Part shown: one piece after another, positions 59,585-64,000 of the stretch
How the letters are laid out: each line of letters opens with the position of its first letter
How positions within the stretch are numbered: the first letter of the stretch is position 1
Assembly (NCBI GenBank): GCA_045046875.1
Contig: JASFYY010000055.1
Span: 1 to 64,000 of the forward strand
DNA: 64,000 bases
Source: Verrucomicrobiota bacterium
Lineage (GTDB): Bacteria; Verrucomicrobiota; Verrucomicrobiia; Verrucomicrobiales; DEV007
Reading direction: 5' to 3'
Notes under the pieces: model-generated
Told to the model about the DNA's origin: nothing
The model's input: the letters and a program-made list of their open reading frames with translations, nothing else
The model's database searches: none
Made by a program: the position numbers and the translations under genes

Positions 59585-62500
59585 TTAGTTGGGTTCAGTC
59601 GGGTTGGGGGCTTGGGGGCGGTAGAGGGATTTGATGTCTTCGAGGATGAGGTAGTTGATCGGGACGAGGAAGAGGGTGATGGCGGTGGCGAAAAGGATGC
59701 CGTAACCGAGGCTGATAGCCATCGGGATGAGGATCTGCGCCTGAGTGCTTTTCAGCTGCAACAAGGGGTAGAGGCCGGCGAAGGTGGTGATGGAGGTGAG
59801 CAGGATGGCGCGGAAGCGGGCGGCACCGGCGGTGTGCACGGCTTCAAAGACGGAAAGGCCTTCTTCTTTGACTTTGCGGTTGATGAAATCGACCAGCACC
59901 AGGCTGTCGTTGACCACTACCCCGGAGAGCGCCAGCATGCCGAATTCGCTGAGCTTGCTCAGGCTGTGGCCTTCGATCAGGTGGCCGAGCACGGCGCCGA
60001 TGATGCCAAAGGGGATGACCGACATGACGATCAGCGGCTGCACGTAGGAGCGAAAAGGGATGGCGAGCATGGCGTAGATGCCAAAAATGATCAGCAGGAT
60101 GCCGGCCAGCATGGCGGTATTGGCTTCGCGTTCGTCGCGGGCTTCGCCCTCGAAGCTGTAGCGCATGCCGGGATAATCGTGCATGAGGGTCTGTAGGTAA
60201 TTGCTGAGATCTTCGCGGATGGCATCGAGGTCGGCGGTTTCTTTGTCGGCATCGGCGCGGATGTTGAGCGCGCGGTGACGGTCGATGCGTTGGATGCGAG
60301 GAAAACTGCGGCCGATGGTGGCGTCGGCGACGGTGGTGAAGGGGACTTCCTGACCGTCGGTGGTGCGGATGCGCATGCGGTCGAGGCTGGCCAGGGAGCG
60401 TCGGGCGTCCTCGGGGTAGCGCATCATTACCCGGACTTCGTCACGTCCGCGTTGCAGGCGTTGGATTTCTTCGCCGTAAAAAGCCTGGCGAACCTGGCGG
60501 GCGAGGTCGGCCATGGTCAGACCGAACTGTTCGGCTTCGGGTTTGATGCGCAGTTGGATTTCTGCGCGACTTTGATCGAGGCTGTCGGATATGTCGAACA
60601 GACCGGTGTAGGTTTCGAGCTGTTTGCCAATGAGGGTAGCGGCGGCGGTGAGTTGTTCGGGATCGGGGCCGGTGAGTTGGATGTCGATGGGGTCGCGTCC
60701 GCGGAACATCTCGGCGCGGAAGTAGAGTTCCTTGGCACCGATGATTTCGCCGATGCGTTGGCGCCAGTCCTTGACGATGGCAACCGAGCTGATTTGTTTG
60801 CTGCGCTCTTCCGGTGGGGTGAGGGTGAACACCACTTCGCCGAGATGGCTTTGTCCCTGTGAACCTTTTGATCGAGAGGATGAGAGTCCTTGACCGCCGA
60901 TGCTGGTGATGTTGGCTTCGATCATTGAATGGCCATTTTCATCCACATAATCTTTTTTCATTTCATCGACGGTTTTTTCGATGCGCAGGATGTGGGCTTC
61001 GGTGATGTGAAAGGGAGTGCCTTCCTGCATCGTCAGTTTGCAGGTAACGGTTTCGCTTTCGATGCGTGGGAAAGAGACCCGGCTGATGCGTCCGCCGCCG
61101 ATGAGACCGAGGAAGAGGATCAGGATACCGGTGAATATAGACAAGGTGAGGTAGCGCCATTCCAGGGTCCAGTGCAGAATGGGTTGATAGACTTTTTTGA
61201 TCAATAATTCGAGTCCGTCTGAAAACCAGCTCTGCACACGGTTGAAAAGTGCGAGCAGCACCGCGTAGATGCGGAGAATGAAAGCGGGCAGGATGAGTTG
61301 CCAGAGGGAGTTTTTTTTCTTTGCCAGGCTGTGAGCCAGATGGGAGGGCAGGATGAGTTTGGATTCGATCAGCGAGAAGGCCAGCACCGCGATCACAATG
61401 ATGGCGATCTGTCCCTGCCACTTGCCGTGGAAACCGGCGGCAAGCATCATGGGGACAAAAGCGAGCATGGTCGTCAGCACTCCGAAGACCACCGGCACGG
61501 CGACTTCCTTGGCCCCTTCGACGGCAGCGGTCTGGGAGTCGATACCGCGTTGATTCCAGGTGTAGATGTTTTCTCCACAGACAATGGCGTCATCGACGAC
61601 CACACCGAGCACCAGAATAAAAGCAAACAAGCTGACCACATTGATGGAGACGCCGAGGTAGGGCATCAGTGCCAGGGCACCGAGAAAACAGACCGGGATG
61701 CCGATGACAACCCAGAATGCCAGGCTTGGGCGCAGGAAGAGGGTTAACATCAGGAAAACCAGCAGCATGCTTTTCCAGCCACTGCCGATCAGCGTATTGA
61801 GACGCCCTTTGACGATTTTGGAGCGGTCGCCCCAGTAGTCGATGCCGACACCGTCGGGTAAGCGGTTTTTGCTTTCTTCCATGTAGGCCTTGATATCGTC
61901 GGCGATTTTGATCGCGCTTTGGTTGCCTTCGCGGGAGACGGCGATGAGCACACAGCGCTGACCGTTGAAGCGGGCGATGAAGGGGTTTTCGTTGAAGTCA
62001 TTGCTGACGGTGGCGATGTCGGCAAGGGTAATCCGTACGCCATCTTCGCGTGAACGGATGACGATGTTGTCGAAAGCTTGTTGGTTGTAGGCACGGCCTT
62101 TGGTGCGCAGGGCGATTTCGCCTGCGGCGGTTTTCAGGGTTCCGGCTGAGACGTCGATGGAAGAGTTGCGCAGGGCGCGGGCGACTTCGTCGAAACTGAG
62201 CCCGTAGCGGCGCAGGGTGTCTTCGTGGATTTCAATGATGATCTCATAGGGGCGCACGCCTTGCAGTTGCGCATCGGTGACTTCCGGTAGAGCGGCGATT
62301 TCGTCGCGCACCTGTTCGCCGAGTCTTTTGAGATCACGTTCGTTGAGTTTGCCGTAGAGCACTACGCCGATCACCGAGCGGTAAATCGTCGACAGGCTGA
62401 TGGAGGGGCGTTCGGTCAGATCCGGTAGGGTGGAAATCGAATCGACCTGTGATTTTACATCGTTGAGCACCTCGCGGCGGTCGTGGTCGTCGTGGACTTC

Positions 62501-62788
62501 GATACTGATGGATGCGGAGTTCTCGGTGGCGAAGGAGGTAATGCGTTCGATGCCTTCCACCTCTGCCACGGCTTCCTCGATGCGGATGACGACGGATTCT
62601 TCGACTTCTTCGGGAGTGGCTCCGCGATAGGGGACGGTGATCCGGATGATGTTGCTTTCAAATTCAGGAAAGACTTCCAGCGGGATTTTTTTGGTGACCA
62701 GGGTGTAAATGCCGGCAATGGCGATGGCCGCCATCAGAAGATTGGCGGCGACACCGTTGCGGGCAAACCATGTGATCAAGCCGTGCAT
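59585..62788 (-). CDS. RND efflux permease (AcrB/AcrD/AcrF family)
   Basis: 1067 aa; GATPEEVEE, GVVVDDAIV, GVVVNDSLVLV, RFRAILLTS. Confidence 0.95.
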   Translation of the reverse strand: MHGLITWFARNGVAANLLMAAIAIAGIYTLVTKKIPLEVFPEFESNIIRITVPYRGATPEEVEESVVIRIEEAVAEVEGIERITSFATENSASISIEVHDDHDRREVLNDVKSQVDSISTLPDLTERPSISLSTIYRSVIGVVLYGKLNERDLKRLGEQVRDEIAALPEVTDAQLQGVRPYEIIIEIHEDTLRRYGLSFDEVARALRNSSIDVSAGTLKTAAGEIALRTKGRAYNQQAFDNIVIRSREDGVRITLADIATVSNDFNENPFIARFNGQRCVLIAVSREGNQSAIKIADDIKAYMEESKNRLPDGVGIDYWGDRSKIVKGRLNTLIGSGWKSMLLVFLMLTLFLRPSLAFWVVIGIPVCFLGALALMPYLGVSINVVSLFAFILVLGVVVDDAIVCGENIYTWNQRGIDSQTAAVEGAKEVAVPVVFGVLTTMLAFVPMMLAAGFHGKWQGQIAIIVIAVLAFSLIESKLILPSHLAHSLAKKKNSLWQLILPAFILRIYAVLLALFNRVQSWFSDGLELLIKKVYQPILHWTLEWRYLTLSIFTGILILFLGLIGGGRISRVSFPRIESETVTCKLTMQEGTPFHITEAHILRIEKTVDEMKKDYVDENGHSMIEANITSIGGQGLSSSRSKGSQGQSHLGEVVFTLTPPEERSKQISSVAIVKDWRQRIGEIIGAKELYFRAEMFRGRDPIDIQLTGPDPEQLTAAATLIGKQLETYTGLFDISDSLDQSRAEIQLRIKPEAEQFGLTMADLARQVRQAFYGEEIQRLQRGRDEVRVMMRYPEDARRSLASLDRMRIRTTDGQEVPFTTVADATIGRSFPRIQRIDRHRALNIRADADKETADLDAIREDLSNYLQTLMHDYPGMRYSFEGEARDEREANTAMLAGILLIIFGIYAMLAIPFRSYVQPLIVMSVIPFGIIGAVLGHLIEGHSLSKLSEFGMLALSGVVVNDSLVLVDFINRKVKEEGLSVFEAVHTAGAARFRAILLTSITTFAGLYPLLQLKSTQAQILIPMAISLGYGILFATAITLFLVPINYLILEDIKSLYRPQAPNPTEPN

Positions 62789-62822
62789 TTAAAATGAAAA
62801 GTGAAGAATGAAAAGTGAGGGA

Positions 62823-64000
62823 TTAATGATGGGGAGGGGCTGGGGGATGGTCGGGCCTTTTTTCTTTTTTCTTTTTTGGAGGCACGCCGTCGATGGTGGG
62901 GGAGACTTGGGCGCCGTTGGCGGGGAAGGCGAGTGGGGTGAGGCAGATGATCTGTCCGCTTTCGAGGCCGCCGTCTTTATTGGCGGGGATGATGACGGAG
63001 TTTTTGTCTGACCAGACGGGTTGGGTTTTTTGTCGACGGATGCGGTTTTTCTGGTCGATCAGGATGACTTCGTTGCCGGCTCGCACGGCTTTGCGCGGCA
63101 GGATGTAAACTTGGTCGAGGACTTTGGCTTTGATGGTGGCGTGGACAAACAGGCCTATCTTGAGAGGGGGGCGGTTTTTGTCATCTTTTTTGTAGGGGTC
63201 ATCAACTTGAGCGACGACAAAAAGTTGCCGCGAGCGTTGGTCAATGGCGCCTTCGACTCGCACGATTCGGCCGCTCCATTCGGCGGTTTGTGCTCCGATG
63301 GTGCCTTTCAAGGTGACGGATGAAAGGGCCTTTTTTTCCTCAGCGGAGTTTTGACCACGGTAGGCTTCGGGCAAGTCGATGAAAGCGAGTTGGCGATTGG
63401 TCAGGGGTAGGCGGATCTCAACGTAGTCCACGGCGTAACAGCGGCCGAGGGTGGTGGTGGGGCCGACGTATTGGCCGATATCTACTTCTTTAGTTAAGAT
63501 TCGTCCAGCGTAGGGTGCGCGGATTTGGGTGCGCTCCAGATCACGCTCCGCACGAATGACACCCGCTTTGCTGGAGGCGACGCGGGCGGCGGCTTCAGCG
63601 AGTTGGGGTTTGCGCAGGACCAGATCACCGGGTTGGCCGGTTTTGCCTAGTCGTTTCCAGTTTTCTACGGCTTGCACGGCGCGGGCTTTTTCTTCTTCGA
63701 TGACGGTTTGTGCTTGGGCGAGAGCCGCTTTGCTGATGGTGATGGCGGTTTCGTAATTAAGTGGATCGATTTTCAGTAGCAGCTCGCCTTTTTCAAAAAA
63801 TCCGCCTTCGCGGAATGAGGGGGACATTTCGATGATGGTGCCGGCCACTTCGGGAATGAGAGTGGTTTCGGTTCGAGGGCGCACGGTGCCACGGCTTTCG
63901 AGCATCACTTGATAGCTCTGCACTTTAAGTCGGGTGGCTTCGACTTTGGTGATCGCCGGCGGCATGGTGTGCTGGCGTGGTTCGGGTTTGCTGGAGATCA
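62823..64000 (-). CDS. RND periplasmic adaptor (MFP), 5'-truncated by the window edge
   Basis: PEVAGTI, GELLLKID, IRAPYAG, GLFV; the reading frame stays open to position 64000. Confidence 0.92.
   Translation of the reverse strand, partial: ISSKPEPRQHTMPPAITKVEATRLKVQSYQVMLESRGTVRPRTETTLIPEVAGTIIEMSPSFREGGFFEKGELLLKIDPLNYETAITISKAALAQAQTVIEEEKARAVQAVENWKRLGKTGQPGDLVLRKPQLAEAAARVASSKAGVIRAERDLERTQIRAPYAGRILTKEVDIGQYVGPTTTLGRCYAVDYVEIRLPLTNRQLAFIDLPEAYRGQNSAEEKKALSSVTLKGTIGAQTAEWSGRIVRVEGAIDQRSRQLFVVAQVDDPYKKDDKNRPPLKIGLFVHATIKAKVLDQVYILPRKAVRAGNEVILIDQKNRIRRQKTQPVWSDKNSVIIPANKDGGLESGQIICLTPLAFPANGAQVSPTIDGVPPKKKKEKRPDHPPAPPHH

Overview
Gene-dense 64 kb bacterial chromosomal segment, most likely Verrucomicrobiota. 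Evidence for this: the PVC-superphylum small basic signature protein at 59.2 kb, a TGTTC-N4-GAACA LexA box in front of a Y-family polymerase, and sulfatase, BNR-repeat and DUF1501/DUF1800 genes. No rRNA, tRNA or CRISPR array was seen. Housekeeping genes include ilvN, ilvC-ilvY, moaC, a cysteine desulfurase, a stand-alone EF-G, ahpC, mpl, acs, a pseudouridine synthase and an RND pump. Accessory modules: (1) a six-gene respiratory operon (tetraheme cytochrome c, Tat-exported NrfC-like ferredoxin, NrfD/DsrP-like membrane protein, octaheme HAO-family cytochrome, two unknown proteins); (2) an MNIO (DUF692)/DUF2063 RiPP cluster with a Tat-exported nine-Cys precursor; (3) an AEP primase-SF2 helicase-DUF559 nuclease fusion between two toxin-antitoxin pairs; (4) an RNA ligase plus HD-Pnk RNA-repair pair; (5) a RAYT transposase that itself seems to carry an in-frame palindromic insert, with several REP-like families scattered in intergenic DNA. 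All family calls come from motif recognition by eye, not database searches.
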